64,000 bases of DNA from NCBI GenBank assembly GCA_963847445.1, contig CAWJZV010000046.1:422564-486563 (forward strand). The letters are read 5' to 3'. Shown one piece after another: positions 34,467-45,002 of this stretch; the stretch's first letter is position 1, and each line of letters opens with the position of its first letter. Source of the DNA: an uncultured delta proteobacterium. GTDB lineage: Bacteria > Desulfobacterota > Binatia > UBA9968. The notes beneath the pieces were generated by a model that did no database searches, had not been told where the DNA came from, and saw only the letters and a program-made list of their open reading frames with translations. A program made the position numbers and the translations under genes.

Positions 34467-34776
34467 TTATTTAACGTGCTTGCTGACCAGCTTGGTCATC
34501 TCGAACATGGTGACGGTCTTCTTGCCGCCGAACACGTCCTTCAACGCGTCGTCGGCGTTGATGTTGGTGCGTTTCTTTTGATCCTGCAGGCCGTTCTTCT
34601 TGATGTACTGCCCACAGCTTCTTGGTCACTTCGGTGCGTGGGATCGGCTTGCTGCCGACGACCAGGGCGAGTTTGGCGTCAGGCTGAACCGGCTTCATGA
34701 ACGCCGCGTTGGGTTTTCTCTTCTTTTTCGCGGCGGCTTTCTTTTTCGCGGGCGCTTTCTTTTTCGCTGCTGCCAT
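34467..34776 (-). CDS. SWIB/MDM2-domain protein with Lys/Ala-rich N-tail (frameshift near 34610)
   Basis: KRKPNAAFMKPVQP..LA.VVG..PIPRTEVTKKLW, then YIKKNGLQD..RTNINADD.LK.VFGGKK.VTMFEMTKLV. Confidence 0.9.
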
Positions 34777-34816
34777 ATTGTTTTCCTCCTTCAGGAAATA
34801 AATTTATTTCGTCAAC

Positions 34817-36589
34817 TTATAGCAGAGGTACTCCGATCTTTGCGAGCGAATTATCCGAATTTTCCTCGTAAATGGCGTAGTTTCTCCCTCGTGGAGAGCT
34901 CGGCTCGCCGTCGACGATATGGGCGGCGACGCCGTAGTCGGACTGGGCGCGGGCAACGGAGACATAGCCCTGGCGCAGGTCTTCGAGGACTTTTTCGACG
35001 GGGCGTTCGAGCGGATTTCCCAGGCCGCCGCCGCCGGGGCGTTCGACGCGGATGGTATCGTTTCGCCTTAACCGATGGTCGCCGAAGCGGGACGGCAGCG
35101 CCTTTTCATCTTTGGTCGATGGATTGATCCGGCAGGCACCTTTAGCGCCGGGTAGGCCGGCGGAGCTGCCGAAGGGCTCGACGGCATGCTTGTCGGTGCG
35201 CATCGAGAAGCGCACTTCGTCGGCGAGTATTCGATATTCGCGGACAAAGCCCAAACCGCCGCGCCACTCGCCGGCGCCGCCGGAGTCGGCGAGCATCTCG
35301 AAGCGCTCGACCCGGGTGGGGAACTCGGACTCGATGATCTCGATGGGCGCGGTCTTGCAGTTGCTCAGGTGAAACGCCGTCGCCGAGACACCGTCCTTGC
35401 CGGCGCGGGCGCCGGTGCCGCCGCTGAAAATCTCATAGTGGACATAGGCGCGCTGGCTGTGCGCGTCGCGGCCGCCCAAGACCAGCGCCGCGCTGCCGGA
35501 GCCGCCGGCGATGCGTTTGTCGGGGACGAAGTGCGCCAGGGCGCGCAGGATCGCTTCGGTGGCGCTGAGCGCCGTCGGCATATAGGTATTCACCGCGGCG
35601 GGAAAGCGCGGATCGACGACGCTGCCTGCGCGAAAGGTGGCGTCGACGCAGCGGGCTAGTCCATGATTGATCGGCAGGAAGCGGTCCACCAGGGCGACTA
35701 GACAATAGGCGCAGGCGGCGCGCACCAGCGGCGGGCGGATGTTTGCCGGTCCTTGGGTCTGATCGCTCGATTCGCTGAAGTCGAAGTGCAGCCGGTCGCC
35801 GGTCTTTTTTACTTTGACATGAATGCGAATCGGTTTAGTCAGATCGATGCCGTCGTGATCGACGAAGCTCTCGCCCGCGGATTCGCCGTCCGGCCACGCG
35901 GCGATAGCCCGGCGCACCCGGTTCTCCGTGTGGGCGGAAAGCAGCTCGGTGGATTCCAAAATGATCGCTTTGCCGTAGCGCTCCATGAGCTCGCTGACGC
36001 GCCGCTCGCCCAACCGCGCCGCGCCGACCTGGCCGCGCAGGTCGCCCAACACCAGCGCCGGTGTGCGGCTGTTGGCCGCGATCACGGCGTCGATCTCCTT
36101 GACCGGCTGAAGCCGCGCCATGAACTTGACCGGCGGCAGGTGCAACCCTTCCTGGTAAATCTCCCGCGCCGTGCCGCTGCCGCTGCCGGGCACGGTGCCG
36201 CCGATGTCGCTCTTGTGCGCCATGTTGGCGGCGAAGCCGACCCATTCGCCGCGAAAATAGATCGGCGTGAACACGCCCATGTCGGGGGCGTGGGGGCTGC
36301 CGCCCAAGTACGGATGGTTGGTGATGAAGGCGTCGCCGTCGTGAATGTCGTCGGTGGAGAATGTTTTCAGAATCGCCGCGGCGCAGGCGGGAAAGGCGCC
36401 CATGTGGAGCGGCAAGACAACATGCTGGGCGATCACCTCGCCGCGGGTGTTCAACACCGCGCAGCTGGCGTCCTGGGATTCCCGGATGATCGTCGAATAG
36501 CCGGTGCGAAATAAAGAGTTCTGCATCTCCTGGACGATGCCGGCCAGGCGCGCTTGGATGACTTGCAGGGTGATGGGATCGACGGTCAT
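34817..36589 (-). CDS. Hydantoinase B/oxoprolinase family protein (copy 2; C-terminus uncertain)
   Basis: DPITLQVI, RTGYSTIIRESQDASCA, TNHPYLGGSPHAPD, HKSDIGG, DSGGAG, PGGGGLGNP. Confidence 0.9.
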   Translation of the reverse strand: MTVDPITLQVIQARLAGIVQEMQNSLFRTGYSTIIRESQDASCAVLNTRGEVIAQHVVLPLHMGAFPACAAAILKTFSTDDIHDGDAFITNHPYLGGSPHAPDMGVFTPIYFRGEWVGFAANMAHKSDIGGTVPGSGSGTAREIYQEGLHLPPVKFMARLQPVKEIDAVIAANSRTPALVLGDLRGQVGAARLGERRVSELMERYGKAIILESTELLSAHTENRVRRAIAAWPDGESAGESFVDHDGIDLTKPIRIHVKVKKTGDRLHFDFSESSDQTQGPANIRPPLVRAACAYCLVALVDRFLPINHGLARCVDATFRAGSVVDPRFPAAVNTYMPTALSATEAILRALAHFVPDKRIAGGSGSAALVLGGRDAHSQRAYVHYEIFSGGTGARAGKDGVSATAFHLSNCKTAPIEIIESEFPTRVERFEMLADSGGAGEWRGGLGFVREYRILADEVRFSMRTDKHAVEPFGSSAGLPGAKGACRINPSTKDEKALPSRFGDHRLRRNDTIRVERPGGGGLGNPLERPVEKVLEDLRQGYVSVARAQSDYGVAAHIVDGEPSSPRGRNYAIYEENSDNSLAKIGVPLL

Positions 36590-36689
36590 AGGAAAAGTTT
36601 CGAGTTTCGGGTCACTAGTTTCGTGTGGGATAGCCGAACTCGATCGATAGTCTTTTAACGCGAAACCCGACACGCGAAACCCGAAACGT

Positions 36690-38434
36690 CTAGTTCTCTG
36701 GCCTGCGCGCGCAGCTGCGCTGTCGCGGTTTGGTTAATGATGAAATCGCTGTCGGCACTGTCGATGGCGACGCGATAGACTTCGCGCGCACGCTGCCTGC
36801 GTCACGTAGCCGTTGCGCACGTCGTTCAAGACGCGCTCGGGATCGCGTTCCAAGGGGTTGCCCAAACCGCCGCCGCCGGGGGTGTCGAGGCAAAAAACTT
36901 CGCCGGGGTGGAGCACATGGTCGGAGAAGCGCGACGGGATCACGCGTTCATTGATTGCGCCGGGATTCAACACGCAGTGGCCGGTCTTGCCGTCGGCGCC
37001 GCCGTCGATGCCCTTGGGCGCGATGTCGTGTTTAGTCGAGCGCAGGGAAAAGCGCGCGTCGTTGTCGAGCACTTCATACTCGCGGACAAATCCCAAACCG
37101 CCGCGGAACTTGCCGGCACCGCCGGAGTCGGCGATGAGCTCGAAACGTTTCAACCGGGTGGCGAATTCCGACTCGATGATTTCAATCGGCGCGATTTTCG
37201 CATTCGATTGATTGACGTTGGTGCCCGACACGCCGTCCTTGCCGCTGCGCCCGCCGGAGCCGCCGCCGAAGATTTCATATTGCACATAACCCTTGCCGGT
37301 CTTGTTGCTGCGGCCGCCGATGATAATCGAGCGGCTGCTGCAGCCGTCGCCGACTTTTTTATGCGGCGTGATCCGGCTCGACGCTTCAAGGAGCGACTCG
37401 ACCAGGGCGTGGACCGTGGGATTGTAGGTATTCACCGGCGCGGGGAAGATTGGATTGACCACGCTGCCGTCGCGCACTTTGATTTCGATGCAACGGGCTA
37501 GACCGTAATTGATCGGCAGCGCTGGATCGACCAGACAGGTGAGCAGATAGGCGCAGGCGGCGCGCACGATGGTCGGGCGAATGTTGGCCGGTCCTTTGGT
37601 CTGGTCGGCGCAGCCGGTGAAATCGAACAGCAGCCGGTCGCCTTTCTTCTCCATGCGCACATGCAAACGCACCGGTTTGTCGAGGTCGATGCCGTCGCTG
37701 TCGACGAAGCGCTCGCCTGTGCCCTCGCCATCGGGCCAGGAGGCGATCTCGGCGCGGACTTTCGCTTCGGTCAAGGCGAATAGTTCTTCGAAGGATTGTA
37801 AAATCGTCTCCTTGCCGTAACGTTCCATCAGTTCTTGAAAGCGCCGCTCGCCCAAGCGCGCCGCGCCGACCTGGCCGCGCAGGTCGCCGATGACTAATTC
37901 CGGCGTGCGGCTATTGGCGCCAAGCATGGCTTCGATGTCCTTGCTGATTTGCAATTTATGCACGAACTTGATCGGCGGGACATGCAGCCCTTCCTGGTAA
38001 ATCTCCCGCGCCTGGCTCCAGCAGCTGCCCGGCACCGGCCCGCCGATGTCGCTCTTGTGCGCCAGATTCGCCGCGAAGCCGACCCACTCGCCGTGAAAAA
38101 ATATCGGTGACAACACCGCCATGTCGGGAGCATGGGGACTGCCGCCGAGATAGGGATGGTTGGTGATGAAGGCGTCGCCTTCGTGCACTTCGTCGGGCGT
38201 ATAATTTTTCAAGATACCCGCGGCGCAGGCGGGAAAGGCGCCCATGTGGAGCGGCAGGACGACATGTTGAGCGACCACTTCGCCTTGGCGATTGAGCAGC
38301 GCGCAGCTGGCGTCTTGCGACTCGCGAATGATCGTCGAGTAGCCGGTGCGAAACAAGGAGTTCTGCATCTCCTGGACGATGCCGGCGAGACGCGCTTGGA
38401 TGACTTGCAGAGTTACCGGATCTACGTTGGACAT
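36690..38434 (-). CDS. Hydantoinase B/oxoprolinase family protein (copy 1; indel near C-terminus)
   Basis: Same motif set as the neighbouring paralogue. Confidence 0.9.
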
Positions 38435-38546
38435 AATTCCTCATAACGTTTTGAACTGCTTGAACGACTTGAACGATTTGAACGACGCGCCGCACTGAGG
38501 TTCCAGCCGGTCAAAACGTTCAAAACGTTCAAGTCGCCGGAGTCGA

Positions 38547-40616
38547 TCATGATTTTTTTTTGATGATGATATTCCGATACTCATCCACGGCGGCTTCTTG
38601 TTCGGGTTGAATTACCGTCGTGGTGTCCAATTGCTCGACGATGGCGGGCCCGGTGATCTGGTGGCCGGGCTCGAACAGGTCGCGGTTGTAGACCTGGGTG
38701 GTGAGCACACCATGCTCTTTGCCGAAATAAACTTTGCGTTCGCCGAGTTGCGCTGCTGCAATCTTTCGTCCCGTGACTTTGCCGGGAGACAGTTTGGCCT
38801 GTGGCACCAAGCCGAGGGAGATCAAGCGCAAGCTCACCAGCTCCACCGGTTCACTCTCGGCTTTATGGCCGGAATTCTGCTCGTGAATGGTGTCGAAACG
38901 GCCGCGCATGATGGTCAGATCATGCTGGGTGTATGGCGGCATCGGCGAGGGGACGGTGAGCTCGTAGCCCTGGCCGGCGTAGCGCAGATCGAGATAGGGC
39001 TCGATCTTGATCTCTTCGTCCGTGAAACCTTCGCTCATGAGATCGGCTTTAGCGCGCTCGATCAGCTGATAAAACATATGGTTGATCTCGGTGAGATCTA
39101 AATCTTCCAGGCCCACCAGTTTGGAGCGCACATAGTCGTGTTTGACGTCTGACATCAGCAAGCCCAGCGCCGAATGGACGCCCGGGGTGAGCGGCACGAG
39201 CACCGATGGAATGCCCAAATCCAGCGCCATGCGACCGGCGTGCATCGGTCCGCCGCCGCCGAAGGCGACCAGGGTGAAGTCGCGGATGTCGTAGCCGCGC
39301 GCCGATGACACCGCTTTGATCGCTTCTTCCATCTTGGCGTCGATGATTTTCAAGACGCCGTCGGCGGCTTCGAGGAGATCGAGCTTCAACGGCTTGGCTA
39401 ACTTTTCCTCGAGGACGCGCTGCGCCTTCTGCTTGTCGAGCTTCATGCGGCCGCCTAGGAAATGATTGGGATCGAGGACGCCGCAGACCATATTGGCATC
39501 GGTGACGGTGATGTTTTCGCCGCCGCGGTCGTAGCACACCGGACCGGGATCGGCGCCGGCGCTGTCGGGGCCCACTTGCAAGCCGCCCACCGCGTCGATG
39601 CGCGCGATGGTGCCGCCGCCGGCGCTGACTGTGTGGATGTCGAGCATCGGCAGGGCGATGGGGCGCAGGTTAATTTTCCCTTGCGTGGTGATCACCGGAT
39701 TGCCTTCGTGGATCAGCGCGACATCGCAGCTGGTGCCGCCCATGTCGAAGGTGATGATGTTGTCGATGCCGACCCGCTCGCAAGTGCCCATGGACGCGAT
39801 GACGCCGCCGGCGGGGCCGGAGAGCACCGTCGCCACCGGTTTTTCCGCCGAGCCTTTGAAGGTCGACACACCGCCATTGGATTGCATGATGTAGAGCTTG
39901 GGCGTGGTCACGCCCATCTCGCGCATGCGGTTCTCCAGGCGGCCCAGGTAGCTCGCCATGACCGGCTGGATGTAGCCGTTGATCACCGTCGTGCTCAAGC
40001 GGTAGAACTCGCGAATCTGCGGCAGGACTTCATAGGACAGCGATAGCCGCGCTTCGGGAAACTCCTGGGCGAACAGCTCTTTGATCTTGAGCTCGTGGTC
40101 GGGATTCAAAAACGAAAACAAACAGCACACCGCCACCGACTGCACGCCTTTTTTCTTGAGCCGGCGGATCGCTGCGCGCGATGCTTCGACGTCGATCGCT
40201 TTCAGCACGTTACCTTTGAAATCGACGCGCTCGGGAATCTCTTCGGTCAAATAGGGCGGCGCGAGCAAGCGCGGCTTCTCGAAAAACAGATCGTAGGTCG
40301 CCGGGCCGTAGCCGCGGGTCTGTTCCATGACTTCGTAGATGCCGCGAAAGCCCTGGGTGACCATCAAGCCGGTCTTGGCGCCTTTTTCCTCGAGCAGCGC
40401 GTTGGTGCCGACGGTGGTGCCATGGCAGAAGAATGAAATATCGCCGGCGGCCACGCCCCGGTCGAGCAGTTCTTTGACGCCGTTCAAAACCGCTTGAAAC
40501 GGCTCCTTCGGCGTCGACGGAACTTTGGTGATGGCGATCTCGCCGCTGTCTTCGTTGAAGAAAACAAAGTCGGAAAAAGTGCCGCCGGTGTCGACGGTAA
40601 CGCGGTACTTGGACAT
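38547..40616 (-). CDS. Hydantoinase A/oxoprolinase family ATP-binding subunit
   Basis: VDTGGTFSD, HGTTVGTNALLE, SGPAGG, DMGGTSCD, GPDSAGADPGPVCY, AFGGGGPMH. Confidence 0.93.
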   Translation of the reverse strand: MSKYRVTVDTGGTFSDFVFFNEDSGEIAITKVPSTPKEPFQAVLNGVKELLDRGVAAGDISFFCHGTTVGTNALLEEKGAKTGLMVTQGFRGIYEVMEQTRGYGPATYDLFFEKPRLLAPPYLTEEIPERVDFKGNVLKAIDVEASRAAIRRLKKKGVQSVAVCCLFSFLNPDHELKIKELFAQEFPEARLSLSYEVLPQIREFYRLSTTVINGYIQPVMASYLGRLENRMREMGVTTPKLYIMQSNGGVSTFKGSAEKPVATVLSGPAGGVIASMGTCERVGIDNIITFDMGGTSCDVALIHEGNPVITTQGKINLRPIALPMLDIHTVSAGGGTIARIDAVGGLQVGPDSAGADPGPVCYDRGGENITVTDANMVCGVLDPNHFLGGRMKLDKQKAQRVLEEKLAKPLKLDLLEAADGVLKIIDAKMEEAIKAVSSARGYDIRDFTLVAFGGGGPMHAGRMALDLGIPSVLVPLTPGVHSALGLLMSDVKHDYVRSKLVGLEDLDLTEINHMFYQLIERAKADLMSEGFTDEEIKIEPYLDLRYAGQGYELTVPSPMPPYTQHDLTIMRGRFDTIHEQNSGHKAESEPVELVSLRLISLGLVPQAKLSPGKVTGRKIAAAQLGERKVYFGKEHGVLTTQVYNRDLFEPGHQITGPAIVEQLDTTTVIQPEQEAAVDEYRNIIIKKKS

Positions 40617-40964
40617 GGTCCGTTTCGTCTACCATGGAATTTTCGCGCCTTCAATCGCGCGACGGAAACTGCACGGCGTTGCGCCAGCGCGTCGCGCGTT
40701 CTGGTCGGCGCCGGAGATTGGCGCGCGCAACTGCGCCAGCTCTTGTGCTTGTAACGAGTCTGTTTTACAGCTTGGGTCATCGTCCGGGCCGAGGAGAAGT
40801 GGCCGGCGCCAGCAATCACCGGACCGGCAACCAGGTCAGCCGCTCGGTGAGCGATGCGCTTTGGCTCAAATAAAAGATTCACCACGAAGTGTTTCATGAT
40901 CTTACGCTCGTCTACAGAAAATGAAAATGGCTGGGATTCCCTCCATAGGCGGTCTGCTTGACGC

Positions 40965-41041
40965 GTCATTCCCGCGCACGCGGGAATCCAGGTTTGGTCT
41001 GCGCCCAATTAGCCTGGATACCCGCTTTCGCGGGTATGACG
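40965..41041. repeat. Double-hairpin palindromic repeat (GTCATTCCCGCG..GCGGGAATCCAG / CTGGATACCCGCTTTCGCGGGTATGAC)
   Basis: Two internal palindromes that are also inverted copies of each other; half-copy GCGGGAATCCAGG near 2168. Confidence 0.8.
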
Positions 41042-41069
41042 GAACCCCGGTGGTGGAGACCCTCCCCTT

Positions 41070-41361
41070 ACATGTATTTTCTAAGAAGGCGAGCGATTAT
41101 CTGCGCCGGCAAATGCGCGACGGGCGCATCTATGTCGGCTTCGACGTCGACGACGACGGTTTGGGCTTCGCCGTGCAAAAAGCCGGACCGGACGCGTTTA
41201 TTTTTGGCAGCGACTTTCCCCACGAGGTTTTCAACGCCGAGAAATGCCGTCATGAGATCGACCAGCTGCTCGCGCGCGGCGATCTCGACAGCGCCGACAA
41301 TGCGGCGGTGCTCGGTGGCAACGCGCGCCGGTTTTATCGGTTGGGCGCCAATGGCAGATAG
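41070..41361 (+). pseudogene. C-terminal fragment of an amidohydrolase family 2 gene
   Basis: KKASDYL..GRIYVGFDVDD..FIFGSDFPHE..LGGNARRFYRL; no N-terminal HxH region upstream. Confidence 0.7.
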
Positions 41362-41509
41362 TTTGTTGGCGTCTTGGCGGGAGTCAATCTCCTCTTCGGG
41401 TATTCCAGATCACCCGAAATTTTGCGCGCGCCGCGTCAGTGAGAGTGCTAGTAAGTATCGCTAGCGTGCGCAGCACAATCTTAACAAGAGCGGAGCAACA
41501 AACACGACG

Positions 41510-42967
41510 ATGAATAACCAACAGCGCTTGCAAGCGGCACTCGACCTGCGGAGTTTTATTGACGAAGTTCGAGTCGCCGGAGAGCTAAAAGAGATCTCGG
41601 GGGCGCATTGGAATCTGGAAATCGGCGCGTTGACCGAGATCTTCGCCGAACAGACATCGACGCCGGCGCTGCTGTTCGACGCCATTCCAGACTATCCCAA
41701 GGGCCGGCGCGTCTTGAGTAACTTGCTGTACTCTCCGCTGCGCCAGGCTCTGGCTTTGGCCATGGCGCCGGAGCTGCGCGGCATTCCCTTGGTGCAGGCG
41801 GTCAAGGCGCGGTTGGCCGAGCTCAAACCGCTGCCCCCGGTTGAAGTCGCCGGCGCGCCGGTCATGCAGAACATTATCGCCGGCGATCGGGTCGACGTTC
41901 TTAAGTTTCCCGCGCCGCACTGGCATGAAAAAGACGGCGGCCGCTATATCGGCACTTTTGATGCCGTGATCAGCCGCGATCCCGATAGCGGGTATGTCAA
42001 TGTCGGCACCTACCGGGTGCAAGCGCATGACGACAAGACCGTCGGCTTGTGGATCATTCCCGGCAAGCATGGCAATTTGATCGGGCAAAAATATTGGAGC
42101 AAGGGGCAGGGCTGTCCGTTCTTGATCGCCTGCGGTGTGGCGCCGTCGATGCTGTTGGCGAGCGCCGTGGGCATTCCCTGGGGTGTGAGCGAGTATGATT
42201 TTCTCGGCGGCCTGTTGGGCGCGCCGGTGCCCATCGCCATCGGCAAACAGACCGGCTTGCCGATGCCGGCCAATGCTGAATTAGTTCTCGAAGGTTTCGC
42301 CCCTCCGCCGGAGAAGGTTTCCCGTCCTGAGGGACCATTCGGCGAGTGGCCGGGCTACTACGCATCCGGTACGGTGGATCGCCCGGTGGTGCAAGTTTCG
42401 ACGGTCTATCATCGCGACGATCCGATCATCACCGGCGATCCGCCGTTCAAGACTTATCTCAACACCGATATCTACATGTATATCCGTTCGGCCAACATCT
42501 GGTCGGCGATGGAGCGCGGTGGCATCCCCGATATTCGCGGTGTGTGGTTTCCGCGCCAAGGCCGCTTCGTCGTCGCCGTGGCGATCAAGCAACGCTATCC
42601 CGGCCATGCGCGCCAGGCGGCCCATGGCGTGCTGGCGACCCGCGACGGCGGACGCGACACGCGTATGGTCATCGTCGTCGACGATGACATCGACATCACC
42701 AATTTGAACGAAGTGTTGTGGGCGGTGGCGTCGCGCTGGGATCCCAAGCGACAGTCGGAGATCGTCGAAGTGCCGGCGAGCGATTTGAACCCCACGCTGA
42801 CGGCGCAGCAGCGGGCGGCAGGCGAGATGGTCAGCTCGTGCCAGATCATCGATGCCTGCCGGCCATTTGCGCGAAGAGATGAGTTTCCCCAGGTGAGCAG
42901 TGCAAGTCCGGAGTACAAAGCGAAGATCATGCAGCAGTGGGGCCATTTGTTTGGCCTGAAAGATTGA
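41510..42967 (+). CDS. UbiD-family (prFMN-dependent) decarboxylase
   Basis: DLRSFI, PALLFDAIPDY, HEKDGGRYIGT, NVGTYR, PANAELVLEG, EGPFGEWPGYY, VVDDDID. Confidence 0.93.
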   Translation: MNNQQRLQAALDLRSFIDEVRVAGELKEISGAHWNLEIGALTEIFAEQTSTPALLFDAIPDYPKGRRVLSNLLYSPLRQALALAMAPELRGIPLVQAVKARLAELKPLPPVEVAGAPVMQNIIAGDRVDVLKFPAPHWHEKDGGRYIGTFDAVISRDPDSGYVNVGTYRVQAHDDKTVGLWIIPGKHGNLIGQKYWSKGQGCPFLIACGVAPSMLLASAVGIPWGVSEYDFLGGLLGAPVPIAIGKQTGLPMPANAELVLEGFAPPPEKVSRPEGPFGEWPGYYASGTVDRPVVQVSTVYHRDDPIITGDPPFKTYLNTDIYMYIRSANIWSAMERGGIPDIRGVWFPRQGRFVVAVAIKQRYPGHARQAAHGVLATRDGGRDTRMVIVVDDDIDITNLNEVLWAVASRWDPKRQSEIVEVPASDLNPTLTAQQRAAGEMVSSCQIIDACRPFARRDEFPQVSSASPEYKAKIMQQWGHLFGLKD

Positions 42968-43093
42968 ATCTCAACGGATCTGTCACACCCTTGAGACGAC
43001 AGAAAGTGTTTCTCCATTTGTCATTGCGAGCGTAGCGAGAAATCTCTTCGGTGTTTGCGCGAGTCAGTTACCGATCAGGTGAAGGGAATCAAA

Positions 43094-43810
43094 ATGATTA
43101 CCAAAGAGGATGTTTTACAAGCGGTCGCCGAGTCATGGTGGGAAGCCACGCCGAGGATTATCGAGTTCGTCAACCATCATCTTACCAAAGCAGGGGCGCG
43201 GATCTTTACGCCCGAGCATACCTATTTCGCGGCGCATTTTCCGCGCTGGTTCGGAAATGTCATCGCCAACTGCCCGGACATCGGGCCGCGCTCCTACATG
43301 ATCGGCAACATTTATGTAGAGGAAGTCGACGATCCGACGATTCACGACACCCATCATGGCAGCATGGTGACTTTCGGCGAAGGCTTGGGCATGACGCGCG
43401 ATGAGGTGCTCCATCATGTGCCGAGCATTCCGATGCGCATGGGCATTCACTACTGGGACAACATGAGCCGCACCCGGCCATGGCTCGAAGGCTTTGCCGC
43501 GGTGGGTTCGCTGGAACTTACCAATCACGGCGCGCTGGCGGCGCGCTACGGCGAGGTTGCGCTCAATGCTCGCAAAAAATGGCAGCCGCTGGGGCTCGAT
43601 GCCAAATATCTCGTTCATTGGGAAGCGGCGGATGCCGCCGATCCAGGAGAGGGCGGCCATGCCGACGAGACCGCGCGCATACTCGTCCAGTATGCCAAGA
43701 CCGATGACGAAGGCCGGCGCGTGCTCGAAGTGGTGCGCGAAAGCATCAGCGTGTTTCGCTTTATTTATGACCATATCGCCGAGCGGGCGATCGCGGCAGG
43801 AAAGAAATAG
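43094..43810 (+). CDS. Heme-oxygenase-like di-iron redox enzyme (PqqC/CADD/TenA superfamily)
   Basis: NIYVEE...THH, FGEGLG, WLEGFAAVGSLE, HW..AD....GH; helical character. Confidence 0.7.
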   Translation: MITKEDVLQAVAESWWEATPRIIEFVNHHLTKAGARIFTPEHTYFAAHFPRWFGNVIANCPDIGPRSYMIGNIYVEEVDDPTIHDTHHGSMVTFGEGLGMTRDEVLHHVPSIPMRMGIHYWDNMSRTRPWLEGFAAVGSLELTNHGALAARYGEVALNARKKWQPLGLDAKYLVHWEAADAADPGEGGHADETARILVQYAKTDDEGRRVLEVVRESISVFRFIYDHIAERAIAAGKK

Positions 43811-43877
43811 GGGTGGCCGCACCCTTCGACATGCTCCGGGTGACCGTTCTTCGCCACGAGTGCGAGACCACTTGGCA

Positions 43878-44654
43878 ATGCTCATGATCGCAAATAACCC
43901 GATATCAAATCTGAACAGACCGCCGGTGCTCCTAGTGACCGGCGGGGATTCGGGCATCGGCCTTGGAATCGCGCGCAAGTTCGTCGAAGCAGATTATCGC
44001 GTGGCGATCGGCGGTCTGGACCGGCGCAAAGGGAGCCGGGTTGTGGCGACACTGCGGGCCCAGGGCGGCGACGCGGTCTATTTTCTTGCGGATGTGCGCA
44101 GCGAGTCGCAAATCCGCGCTCTGATCCGCCGCACCGTGCAGCGCTTTGGCCGCATCGATGTCCTGTGCAACAACGCCGGCATTCAGAAACTCGCGCCCAT
44201 CGACAAGGCTTCGGCGGCGCAGTGGGACGATGTCATGGCGGTCAACGCGCGCGCGGCATTTCTCAGCAGCAAATATGGCTTGCCCCACCTCAAGTGGAGC
44301 AAGGGGACGATTATCAACATCGCTTCAACCGCCGGACTGGTTGGTTATGCCGGCGGCTTGGCCTACTGCGCGTCGAAAGCCGCACTGGTGATGATGAGCA
44401 AGACCACCGCCCTGGAATTCGCGGCCTATGGCATTCGGGTGAACTGCATCTGCCCCGGCGCGACGCGCACGCCGTTGATTCCAACCCACAAGATCAAGAA
44501 CTTGCCCAAGCAGATTCCCCTCGGCCGGATCGGCGAGCCGAGTGACGTGGCGGAGTTGGCGTTGTTTCTCGCCTCGGAAAAAGCCCGGCAGATCACCGGC
44601 GGTGTCTACGTCATCGACGGCGGTAGCACGGCTGGGCGGGCAAGGTTGGCGTGA
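43878..44654 (+). CDS. Short-chain dehydrogenase/reductase
   Basis: TGGDSGIG, NNAG, YCASK, IRVNCICPG, ITGGVYVIDGG. Confidence 0.92.
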   Translation: MLMIANNPISNLNRPPVLLVTGGDSGIGLGIARKFVEADYRVAIGGLDRRKGSRVVATLRAQGGDAVYFLADVRSESQIRALIRRTVQRFGRIDVLCNNAGIQKLAPIDKASAAQWDDVMAVNARAAFLSSKYGLPHLKWSKGTIINIASTAGLVGYAGGLAYCASKAALVMMSKTTALEFAAYGIRVNCICPGATRTPLIPTHKIKNLPKQIPLGRIGEPSDVAELALFLASEKARQITGGVYVIDGGSTAGRARLA

Positions 44655-44668
44655 GAAGAATTGGATGA

Positions 44669-44985
44669 TTAACCGCAAAGGGCCTAGCCCGGCAGAGCCG
44701 CAATCAATGAAGAAACCGGGAATTCACCGCAGAGGCGCGGAGTTCACAGAGTTCGGAATGTGTCTTTATCAAGAAATTCTTGACTCTGCGTTCTCGGCGT
44801 CTCGGCGGTGAGTCTTCCGAAAGTTTGCGCAGACGACGCAAATTCTTATGGATAGCAGTGCAAAGAACGCAAAAAAATTCCAGCGTAGGGGCGGGTTTGA
44901 AACCCGCCCTCTTGGTTTTCGATCGCGGTAATTGGGAGAATCTGCCGGGTTATTGTCGGGGCGAAAAACTTTCGCCCCGACTTAC
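44669..44985. repeat. Stack of intergenic palindromic repeats between convergent genes
   Basis: CACCGCAGAGGCGCGGAG...CTCTGCGTTCTCGGCGTCTCGGCGGTG; GTAGGGGCGGGTTTGAAACCCGCCC; GGGGCGAAAAACTTTCGCCCC. Confidence 0.75.
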
Positions 44986-45002
44986 TTAATTGAAGCCGTG
45001 AA

